Source of the DNA: a virus | Lineage: Duplodnaviria; Caudoviricetes | Length of the DNA stretch: 30,400 bases | Direction: 5' to 3' (one strand) | Virus record (IMG/VR): IMGVR_UViG_3300020043_002368 | Coordinates: 1 to 30,400 of that record | Program-made: the position numbers and the translations under genes | Notes under the pieces: generated by a model | The model's input: the letters and a program-made list of their open reading frames with translations, nothing else | What the model was told of the DNA's origin: nothing | Databases searched by the model: none | Shown: positions 1 to 7,281 of the stretch, piece after piece | Position numbering within the stretch: the first letter of the stretch is position 1 | How the letters are laid out: each line of letters starts with the position of its first letter

Positions 1-21
1 TATTATTATTATTATTATTAT
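1..21. repeat. (TAT)7 trinucleotide tract in an AT-rich stretch
   Basis: Read directly; may continue beyond the window start. Confidence 0.9.
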
Positions 22-139
22 ATAATATAGATAGGAGCGGAGAACATCTTGTCTTTTGATATCAAACGATAAGGAAATCATGTTCCTATCTCCTTCCTTC
101 GTTCTTGGAACACTATTTTTTAGTTCTAAATCAAGAAAA

Positions 140-153
140 GATATATACAGTAT
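140..153 (+). promoter_or_regulatory. RATAWATASAGTAT motif (copy 1), putative early/middle promoter
   Basis: GATATATACAGTAT runs into the ATG at 152; similar copies at 26974 and 29502. Confidence 0.45.
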
Positions 154-361
154 GGAAAATAAACTAACTTACACGATTGATGGTTATGAAGGCATCTGGT
201 CATTAGACAAGACCTACATTTCCGATTTAGGTTATCTCATGGCTAAATTCTATCACGAAGAGAGAGGCGTATGGATGAACGTCAACATGGGACACTTCGA
301 CGATGTTATCCTCGAAGGAACAAAGCTAAGTCGACTAACTATAATAAAAGAGGAAAATTAA
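152..361 (+). CDS. Small hypothetical protein, member of a three-gene paralog family
   Basis: ATG at 152 (MENKLTY) preferred over the track's TTG at 56; similar to the 363 and 27161 proteins. Confidence 0.75.
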   Translation: MENKLTYTIDGYEGIWSLDKTYISDLGYLMAKFYHEERGVWMNVNMGHFDDVILEGTKLSRLTIIKEEN

Positions 362-362
362 G

Positions 363-593
363 ATGGCATTCAAAATCGAAAAAGCAAACGACCCGAGAAC
401 ATTTAGGCCAGATGGCAACTACGTCCGTCTTGCAGACAACTCGGAACAACTAATCGAGAACCTAACCATTTCTGCTTCTGGCAGAATTTGTTTACATCTG
501 TTCGAACCAAGATCTAAGCAGAGACAGATCATCACAATCTGCACTCTGGAGGAATTAGTCAACACAATAGAAGGAGCAAGCTATGTCCACTAA
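363..593 (+). CDS. Small hypothetical protein (distant paralog of 152..361)
   Basis: Starts 1 nt after the previous stop; shares the IS..G and hydrophobic pattern. Confidence 0.75.
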   Translation: MAFKIEKANDPRTFRPDGNYVRLADNSEQLIENLTISASGRICLHLFEPRSKQRQIITICTLEELVNTIEGASYVH

Positions 594-909
594 TTCAAAA
601 GACCCTTCCTACATGGTTGTTGATCCTATCATCTGGCAGGACACTTCCTTAAACGATAGGGAGAAGATTATGCTTTCGTTCATCTGGGGTTTCACCCGCA
701 TGCAAAAGGGTTGCTTTGCTCCTGTATCTTGGATTGCAACCAACTTCGGTTGGGATATTCCTTTCACCCACCAGCTAATTCAAATGCTGGTCGATAGAGC
801 TTGGATTACAACTCATCCTAACGGCTGTATGTCCATCAACATTCCTGGTGAGAAAGACCCGTGCTACGGGGACATAACGGACGTCTTCGACGTCGACGTT
901 GAAGTATAA
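583..909 (+). CDS. Winged helix-turn-helix protein (replication-initiator N-terminal/HTH_36-like)
   Basis: DTSLNDREKIML...GCFAPVSWIA...FG pattern; resembles the protein at 30140. Confidence 0.65.
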   Translation: MSTNSKDPSYMVVDPIIWQDTSLNDREKIMLSFIWGFTRMQKGCFAPVSWIATNFGWDIPFTHQLIQMLVDRAWITTHPNGCMSINIPGEKDPCYGDITDVFDVDVEV

Positions 910-917
910 CTCTTAAC

Positions 918-1397
918 TTGACCAAGACGGAACAGTTCATGCAAGACCACTACCTTCCGCTCAAAGAGGCTTCGATTAGAATATCGGGCAACTCTGACTT
1001 AGCGGAGGAGCTACTGCACTACACCTTAGACGCATTCTTGGCAAATCCCAAGATGGAAGAAGTCTTAGACTGTGGAGCAGGACGCTGGTTCTGTATAAAG
1101 ATTATGACAAATTCTTGGAAATCAGTAACAAGTCCCTTCTACCATACCTATAGAAATAACCCCTTTCCTCTACATGAAGCACACGAAGCTATCGAAGAAG
1201 AAGATCCAACAGAAGAGTTGGCTGCAAGAGCGAAGACCCTCTTGGCCTCACTCCCCTGGTATGATCGTAAACTGTTCGAAACTTTTGTCGATGAGGGACA
1301 CACCATTTCTTCCTTGGCTCGCTCTGTTGGCATCCCAAGGACTTCTGTGTCTCTAACCATTAATAGAGTAAGGCGATACCTAAAAAAGAACATCTAA
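918..1397 (+). CDS. Phage ECF-like sigma-70 family factor
   Basis: Region 2-like DLAEELLH and region 4 HTH LASLPWYDRKLFE...ISSLARSVGIPRTSVSLTINRVR; TTG start. Confidence 0.8.
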   Translation: MTKTEQFMQDHYLPLKEASIRISGNSDLAEELLHYTLDAFLANPKMEEVLDCGAGRWFCIKIMTNSWKSVTSPFYHTYRNNPFPLHEAHEAIEEEDPTEELAARAKTLLASLPWYDRKLFETFVDEGHTISSLARSVGIPRTSVSLTINRVRRYLKKNI

Positions 1398-1612
1398 TGC
1401 CAGTATCTAAAACAAGAAAAAACCACAAGAAGAAAGTTCAGGCTCGCAACGCTGCAAAGGTTGCTAAGCGTAAAAAGATCGATGGACTGATTCAAGAACT
1501 ACAGGAATCTATGGCTCACGTGAGAAACGTTACCCCTGAGGCTGTAAGAATAACAGGACAGTCGGGCATAGTGCTCCCGTCCTACGATATAAACCCCGAA
1601 GACGTATTATGA
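1397..1612 (+). CDS. Small hypothetical protein with basic N-terminus
   Basis: TAATG coupling to the sigma gene; MPVSKTRKNHKKK start. Confidence 0.7.
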   Translation: MPVSKTRKNHKKKVQARNAAKVAKRKKIDGLIQELQESMAHVRNVTPEAVRITGQSGIVLPSYDINPEDVL

Positions 1613-1992
1613 AACAAATAAAATGGAAATTTAAGGGAACTGAAGTCAGTTTCATCACACCAGAAGACAAACTAAGCGCTTCTGTGTTTAGACAAGCAAA
1701 GAGATTGGGCATAGATCCAACTAAAAGAAAAATAGAAATCATCAATGAATTTTTTACTACTGAACCTAATTCTACAGGCTGCGATACTTGCAATGGCAAT
1801 ACCGCCAATCCTGAACTCACACCCTTACAAATGGATGCTGAAGATAACAAAGTTGGACCGACCCCCGATGACATGCGCGACATGTTTAGGCTTTTGGATA
1901 GCCTTAGTGGCAGGGATACTGATGCAGATGCACCCGATCTTGATCTGCTTGGGGGCACCGATGACGGCTTGGTTGACAGAAGAATCGGATAA
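1609..1992 (+). CDS. Hypothetical protein, overlapping the next ORF by 248 nt
   Basis: ATGA coupling with the previous gene; the C-terminal 82 codons overprint 1745..2014. Confidence 0.55.
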   Translation: MKQIKWKFKGTEVSFITPEDKLSASVFRQAKRLGIDPTKRKIEIINEFFTTEPNSTGCDTCNGNTANPELTPLQMDAEDNKVGPTPDDMRDMFRLLDSLSGRDTDADAPDLDLLGGTDDGLVDRRIG

Positions 1993-2014
1993 GATACACA
2001 CAAAGATATTCTAA
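1745..2014 (+). CDS. Small membrane protein with CxxC (DUF1360-like)
   Basis: Hydrophobic segments and a TCATCLGFW motif. Confidence 0.7.
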   Translation: MNFLLLNLILQAAILAMAIPPILNSHPYKWMLKITKLDRPPMTCATCLGFWIALVAGILMQMHPILICLGAPMTAWLTEESDKIHTKIF

Positions 2015-2015
2015 T

Positions 2016-2216
2016 ATGGGTTGGGAAGAAGCACTAAGAGAATCAGCACATCTGTTTCCGATGGACAAGAAAGTTTTCCAGCCGGAGGAACTTGCGATTG
2101 CTTACCACATCTACAATCTGCACTTCGGAACGATGAAGAGAGATGTTGGATGCGGAGCTTGTCGCAGAGATATAATCACAGCAGTAAAGAAGCTTGCACA
2201 GAAATATGTCAAGTGA
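2016..2216 (+). CDS. Small CxxC protein
   Basis: CGAC motif; tight packing after 2014. Confidence 0.7.
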   Translation: MGWEEALRESAHLFPMDKKVFQPEELAIAYHIYNLHFGTMKRDVGCGACRRDIITAVKKLAQKYVK

Positions 2217-2254
2217 AAGCTTCCTAATTTGTAAAGTATAACTGCAGATATCAC

Positions 2255-2572
2255 ATGGAAAACAGGAATCATTTATTTCAACCGGGTCAGTCCGGAAATC
2301 CTGCGGGAAGACCAAAGGGAAATCCGAACAGGACCACCATCATTGTTCGGGAACTCTTTGCTAACATCTTGGAGGACGAACAGGAGCACTTCAAGGAAGC
2401 CTTGGAAAGGTTGCGCCAAGAATCCCCGAAGGACTATGTGCAGATCATGACTAAGTTATCTGCGAAGTTTCTCCCTGACATGACTACGACCATCCTGCAG
2501 AACGCAGATGGGTCTAATATAGAACCCGTGCAGATTATTCTGCCACCTAATCCTAAATCAGATGACGAATAA
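2255..2572 (+). CDS. terS: Terminase small subunit (DUF5681-type N-terminus)
   Basis: FQPGQSGNPAGRPKG motif; lies upstream of TerL. Confidence 0.75.
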   Translation: MENRNHLFQPGQSGNPAGRPKGNPNRTTIIVRELFANILEDEQEHFKEALERLRQESPKDYVQIMTKLSAKFLPDMTTTILQNADGSNIEPVQIILPPNPKSDDE

Positions 2573-3158
2573 AGACTGGTCTTCCAATACGGCAAGCCAC
2601 AGAACAACCGGACCTTCTGCTTACACAGATGTAAACAGACAGCAACATGACTATTATGCTACCGAGCCAAAGGCTCTTGAACTACTCTTGGAGTTGGAAG
2701 AGTTTTCCAACAAAGTGTGGGAATGTTCCTGCGGGGAAGGTCATCTCTCCCAGGTGTTAGTTGACGCCGGTAAAGATGTTGTTAGCTCCGACCTGATAGA
2801 CAGGGGCTATGGGAAGGTCCTGGATTTCTTGGACCCGTCCTTAGAAGGACCTGTAAACAGAGACATCATCACCAACCCCCCGTTCAAATACACAAACCAA
2901 TTTCTGGTCAAGGCAATGTCCATCTTAGAAGAAAATCGCAAGATTGCTTTCTTTCTCCCCATCAGATATCTGGAAGGTAAAGCCAGAAGGGAACTGTTTC
3001 AAAAGTTTCCCCCTAAGGTTGTTTATGTTTCTTCGGGAAGACTAATCTGTGCAATCAACGGGGACTTTGAAACCATTACAGGTTCAGCCACTGCTTATGC
3101 TTGGTTTATCTGGGAGAAAGGTTATCAAGGTTCCACTCAACTAAAATGGTTTAACTAA
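2562..3158 (+). CDS. Phage DNA amino-methyltransferase (probably N6-adenine)
   Basis: DYYAT; SAM-binding WECSCGEG followed by catalytic TNPPF. Confidence 0.85.
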   Translation: MTNKDWSSNTASHRTTGPSAYTDVNRQQHDYYATEPKALELLLELEEFSNKVWECSCGEGHLSQVLVDAGKDVVSSDLIDRGYGKVLDFLDPSLEGPVNRDIITNPPFKYTNQFLVKAMSILEENRKIAFFLPIRYLEGKARRELFQKFPPKVVYVSSGRLICAINGDFETITGSATAYAWFIWEKGYQGSTQLKWFN

Positions 3159-3649
3159 TGTTCGTAAAACCTAATAAAACTAAAGTGGCTACAGCCAATG
3201 ACGTTGTCTATACCAATCCAGCATCGGCTAAGATTATTATGGATCACTTCAAGCCAACCGGTTCTATTTTAGAACCTTGCAGAGGCGGCGGGGCTTTCTA
3301 CGACCTATTTCAGGAGCCAAAGTTCTGGTGTGAAATTTCAGAAGGAAGAGACTTCTTTGATTTCGATGGACATGTGGACTGGCTAATCACCAATCCCCCG
3401 TTCAGCATCTTCGACGCCTTCTTGGAGAAGTCTTTTGAAGTTGCAGACAATGTGGTTCTGTTCATCCCGCTCCCGAAGGTGTTCAAGTCCATGAAGATAG
3501 ACAAGATGATCACAGCCTACGGCGGACTGAAGGAAATAGTTCACATGGGCAGCGGGGGTAAGCACGGCTTTTCTTTTGGCTTTCCTGTTGGCTGTGTTTA
3601 CTACAAAAAGGGTTATCGGGGACCAATCACTTACACTCAGATCTACTAA
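3158..3649 (+). CDS. Small DNA amino-methyltransferase
   Basis: LEPCRGGG (SAM) then TNPPF (catalytic). Confidence 0.8.
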   Translation: MFVKPNKTKVATANDVVYTNPASAKIIMDHFKPTGSILEPCRGGGAFYDLFQEPKFWCEISEGRDFFDFDGHVDWLITNPPFSIFDAFLEKSFEVADNVVLFIPLPKVFKSMKIDKMITAYGGLKEIVHMGSGGKHGFSFGFPVGCVYYKKGYRGPITYTQIY

Positions 3650-3650
3650 T

Positions 3651-4373
3651 ATGTTAGAACTACAAAACAAGGACTGCATAGAATTCCTAAAGTCTCTTCC
3701 GGACTTTTCAGTCCACCACTGCAACTTTGATCCCCCTTACAACATAGGCTACGACGAATGGGACAAGTGGGAAGACGAAGACTATCTCAGATGGTGTAAG
3801 GAATGGGCGACAGAAGCAGAAAGAGTTCTTGCCGACGGAAGAATGCTGGTCGTATGGGGAACTCTAAAGACCGACTTGTTTCTAAGACTAAAGTTAGAAG
3901 TCCTAAATAAAATCCCAGGACTTTACCCACAGACTTCCATTCATTGGTCTTACAACTGGGGAGGAAGAACAAAGTCCAACTTTCCCCACAAGTTCGAAAC
4001 TGCTTGGTGCTACTCTAAAGGTCCTGAATTTCTGTTCAACCCTGACGATGTTGCAGTGGAAAGAAAGATGAAGAAGAACATTAGGACTGGGGAAGACTAC
4101 ACAAAGGGAACAGTTCCCACCAGCATCTGGGAGGGCAATCTTGCCACAGTTTCCAATGAGGCAAAGTCCAGTTCTTTCCATCCGACTGTAAAACCACAGT
4201 TCGTTCTACAGAGGATGATCAAGGCTTATACTAATCCAGGAGAAGTTGTGTGTGATGTATTCTCAGGTTCAGGATCTACTGCAGTTGCCGCCCTGTCTAC
4301 AGGAAGAGCATTTATCGGATGTGAAAAAGACACAACTTATTATCAAAAGTCCTTAGAAAGAATAAGTTCATGA
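3651..4373 (+). CDS. Beta-class N6/N4 DNA methyltransferase
   Basis: DPPY near the N-terminus, HPTVKP, DVFSGSGST near the C-terminus; ATG at 3651 preferred over 3576. Confidence 0.9.
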   Translation: MLELQNKDCIEFLKSLPDFSVHHCNFDPPYNIGYDEWDKWEDEDYLRWCKEWATEAERVLADGRMLVVWGTLKTDLFLRLKLEVLNKIPGLYPQTSIHWSYNWGGRTKSNFPHKFETAWCYSKGPEFLFNPDDVAVERKMKKNIRTGEDYTKGTVPTSIWEGNLATVSNEAKSSSFHPTVKPQFVLQRMIKAYTNPGEVVCDVFSGSGSTAVAALSTGRAFIGCEKDTTYYQKSLERISS

Positions 4374-5608
4374 GTTCCTTTGCTTTCCTTCCGGCGTATG
4401 CTCCGATATTTTATCAGGACAAGACTTACTGGGTTATCTCGGGGGGAAGGGCATCGGGAAAATCGACAAACATTGCAGCCTACTTTCTGATGCGACTGAT
4501 GGGCAAAGATTACTTCAGAGGGGTTATCGCCCGTTATACAAGTAAGGCTTTGACCAACTCGATCTACCGGGATATCCTGGATCTTATTGGTCAGTGGAGA
4601 CTTACAGGCTACCTTGAAATCAAGGGCGATGAGATCCGAAACAAACTAAACGACAATCTGATCCTGACGCACGCAATGAAGCTGGCCGAAGGAACGATAA
4701 CTGCGAAGGGCAAAGGTTTAGCCCGTGTAACTCATTTGCTTGTGGATGAGGCAACGGAGTTACCCTCCGAGGAGGAATATCTGAAGCTAATAGATTCCTT
4801 CAGACAGAAGGGTGCAGAGAGAAGGATCTTCATTCTGTTCAACCCGACTGCAAAGTCCCACTGGCTGTTCAAAAGATTCTACCTTCCGGACGGGCAACCC
4901 AATCCAAAGTGGCTGAACACACACGGCTACCTGCACACGACTTACATGGACAACAAGGACAACCTGGACCCAACTAAGGTTGCCGAGTGGGAAGCCCTCC
5001 GAGAAGAAGACGAAGACTACTTCTCCCATCACATTCTTGGCGAATGGCGGGACATTGGAGAAGGCCAAGTGTTCAAGGGTTGGCACTTCGACTTCTCTCC
5101 AGATCCAGAGGGTGAAACTCTGTATGGCTTGGACTTTGGGTTTTCAACAGACCCAACTGCTATGGTCCGAGTGCAGAAGAGAGGCAACAGACTTTGGGTG
5201 GAAGAACTAATCTACGAAACAGGACTGACCAACGAAGACATCTATCAGAGGTTGGTGAGATTAAAGATTCCATCTACTGCCACCATCATGGCGGACGCAG
5301 CTGAGCCCAAGACAATCGAGACGCTAAGGAGACTTGGCTATAGAAACATTCAGCCGGCCAGCAAAGGTCCAGATTCGGTGGGGGCGGGTATTGATAAACT
5401 AAGGACCTTTGAAGTGCATGTCCACCCAGAGTCCACCAATCTAATCCAGGAATACTATAACTATGCCTACAGGACTGGAACGGATAAACCAGTGGATGAC
5501 TATAATCACTTGATGGATGCTCTCCGATACGCCCTGAGCAGAGACAAAGGCAACACCAGAAAATATGTTGTCATGGGCGCACAAAAATCTTCGGCAGAAA
5601 TAGACTAA
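4370..5608 (+). CDS. terL: Terminase large subunit, PBSX (XtmB)-like
   Basis: Walker A GGRASGKS, Walker B LVDEA, FNP, nuclease GLDFGF and NHLMDALRY. Confidence 0.95.
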   Translation: MSSFAFLPAYAPIFYQDKTYWVISGGRASGKSTNIAAYFLMRLMGKDYFRGVIARYTSKALTNSIYRDILDLIGQWRLTGYLEIKGDEIRNKLNDNLILTHAMKLAEGTITAKGKGLARVTHLLVDEATELPSEEEYLKLIDSFRQKGAERRIFILFNPTAKSHWLFKRFYLPDGQPNPKWLNTHGYLHTTYMDNKDNLDPTKVAEWEALREEDEDYFSHHILGEWRDIGEGQVFKGWHFDFSPDPEGETLYGLDFGFSTDPTAMVRVQKRGNRLWVEELIYETGLTNEDIYQRLVRLKIPSTATIMADAAEPKTIETLRRLGYRNIQPASKGPDSVGAGIDKLRTFEVHVHPESTNLIQEYYNYAYRTGTDKPVDDYNHLMDALRYALSRDKGNTRKYVVMGAQKSSAEID

Positions 5609-5618
5609 ATCATACTTA
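5592..5618 (+). promoter_or_regulatory. Putative late promoter CGGCA-N14-CATACTTA
   Basis: Same spacing as four other copies; ends 7 nt before ATG 5626. Confidence 0.55.
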
Positions 5619-5625
5619 TACTTAT

Positions 5626-6105
5626 ATGGCAACTCCAGCACCAATCGCAACATACAAGGAACTGATAGACCTTTTCCGCAGCATCTGCACTTCGCAGTTG
5701 GCTGTGAAGCAGTTCCAGGTCGGGCAGCTCTCCGACATAGACAACCAGAACGTCGACCATAAGTTCGTGCGTTTCCCTCTGGTGTTCATGATTCCAACCC
5801 AGTCTTCAATGGACAGGTTCGGCAAGATGCTGTTAGGGTTTTCCTTTATTGTGATGGACATCGCCAAGGACAACGAAGAGCAACTGCAGATTGACACTCA
5901 CAACAACACACTGATGATCATGCAGGACATCTTCTCCAAGTTTATCATGACGGACTGGTTGACAGTCGGGGCTAAGATAGAAACCCCAATCTACATGACG
6001 CCCTTTGTTGAGAGATTCAACAACAACTTAACCGGTTGGTCAGCAGAGATTTCTGTGGAGATCCAATCTCCGTTCAATTTATGTAACGCTGCCTTCCCTG
6101 CATAA
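5626..6105 (+). CDS. Putative tail completion/terminator protein
   Basis: Size, position and the PFVERFNNNLTGW motif; inference. Confidence 0.55.
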   Translation: MATPAPIATYKELIDLFRSICTSQLAVKQFQVGQLSDIDNQNVDHKFVRFPLVFMIPTQSSMDRFGKMLLGFSFIVMDIAKDNEEQLQIDTHNNTLMIMQDIFSKFIMTDWLTVGAKIETPIYMTPFVERFNNNLTGWSAEISVEIQSPFNLCNAAFPA

Positions 6106-6476
6106 TGGCTATAGATCTAAAACCTGCAATGAAACTGATGGAGAGAGTTATCCAGGCTGCCTTGAGATATCAGGCTCCTGTGAAAACTGGGGCTCTTCAG
6201 AAATCTGTTAAAGTTCGTGCAGTGGAAACCCCAGATGGAATAACTTTCATCCCGACTTTCTTGAAGTATGGAACCTATCTAAACGAAGGAACCGGCCGAT
6301 ATAAAGTCAAAGACACAACAGGGAGACCTTGGAACCCTAATCCAGGCAAGGGCAAGATGGGAATAAAACCCCGCTTCTGGCTGAACACCCAAGAAAAAAC
6401 AAAGCAGGTCGTGAACCAAATTCTGGCTCGCGAAGTTGCTAAGCAGATTAAGAAGGAATTTAGAACAAAGAAATGA
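6105..6476 (+). CDS. Neck/tail-completion protein (HK97 gp10-like)
   Basis: APVKTGALQKS, YGTYLNEGT, GIKPRFW motifs. Confidence 0.7.
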   Translation: MAIDLKPAMKLMERVIQAALRYQAPVKTGALQKSVKVRAVETPDGITFIPTFLKYGTYLNEGTGRYKVKDTTGRPWNPNPGKGKMGIKPRFWLNTQEKTKQVVNQILAREVAKQIKKEFRTKK

Positions 6477-7276
6477 ACAAACCAAGTTTCAAAATAAAAG
6501 ACCAAACCTACACTTTCGAAGATATCACCCTTCGAAACTACTATGAACTCCAGGAAATCCTGGTCGAGCAGAAAGAAGGTTCAGAGTTCGAGATAGTCCA
6601 GTGTTTAACTGGGTGTCCAAAAGAACAGTTGACCAAACTAAGATACCAAGATTGGCTGATCATCTGGGAAGAGACCATCCTGCTCATCAACGAGCTTTCG
6701 GGCAAGACCGATGCAATTAAACCAACAATGGAATTCAGAGATGTAAAGTATGGTCTACCTGCAATCGAAGATTTAACAGTGGGCGAATTTGCCGACTTAG
6801 AAGTTATTCTGTCTTCTCCGGGAGCTAAGAGCAAACTGAACGAAGTTGCAGCAGTTCTTTATCGCCCAGTCTTGGAGGACGTCAACGGGGTGCTAACTCT
6901 GGAAGACTACGATTCCAAAGGATTCCGTCAGAGAGCGGAGCTATTTATGGACCTTCCAATTTCTGCTGTTAGATCAGCCAATGCTTTTTTTTTGCAGTCC
7001 GCCAACTCATCACTAAGGAATACAGCGGAATCTTTGCTGCAAAGTCCTCTGATGAAGACGGTGGAGACATCCCTAAAAGACCAAATCAGAAAAGCACTTT
7101 CTCTGCAGCAAGAGAATGGTGGAACACCCTCAATCTCCTTTCTGGAGGAGACCCTCTTAGATTTAGTGAATCAGCAAAACTCCCTATTAGAGAAGCGCTC
7201 AACTGGCTTAGTTGGAAAAAAGACGAAACTCGGAGACAGAATCTTGAAATACAGAAACAAACTAAACACCAAGTAA
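6473..7276 (+). CDS. Putative tail assembly chaperone, 0-frame product (267 aa)
   Basis: LTVGEFADLE and AVLYRP motifs; contains the T9 slippery run at 6985-6993. Confidence 0.65.
   Translation: MNKPSFKIKDQTYTFEDITLRNYYELQEILVEQKEGSEFEIVQCLTGCPKEQLTKLRYQDWLIIWEETILLINELSGKTDAIKPTMEFRDVKYGLPAIEDLTVGEFADLEVILSSPGAKSKLNEVAAVLYRPVLEDVNGVLTLEDYDSKGFRQRAELFMDLPISAVRSANAFFLQSANSSLRNTAESLLQSPLMKTVETSLKDQIRKALSLQQENGGTPSISFLEETLLDLVNQQNSLLEKRSTGLVGKKTKLGDRILKYRNKLNTK
6985..6993 (+). other. Candidate -1 programmed frameshift site (T TTT TTT)
   Basis: T9 run; the -1 frame opens after a TAG at 6970-6972 and stays open to TAA 7279-7281. Confidence 0.7.
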
Positions 7277-7281
7277 GATAA
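6991..7281 (+). CDS. -1 frame C-terminal extension of the chaperone (fusion about 269 aa); not in the ORF track
   Basis: FAVRQLITKEYSGIF...EWWNTLNLLSGGDPLRFSESAKLPIREALNWLSWKKDE...QVR*; no in-frame ATG; its stop overlaps the next ATG (TAATG). Confidence 0.7.
   Translation, partial: FAVRQLITKEYSGIFAAKSSDEDGGDIPKRPNQKSTFSAAREWWNTLNLLSGGDPLRFSESAKLPIREALNWLSWKKDETRRQNLEIQKQTKHQVR

Noticed and set aside
2207-2233. TGTCA upstream of terS as a late promoter
   Set aside because: No TATACTTA box at the 14-nt spacing.
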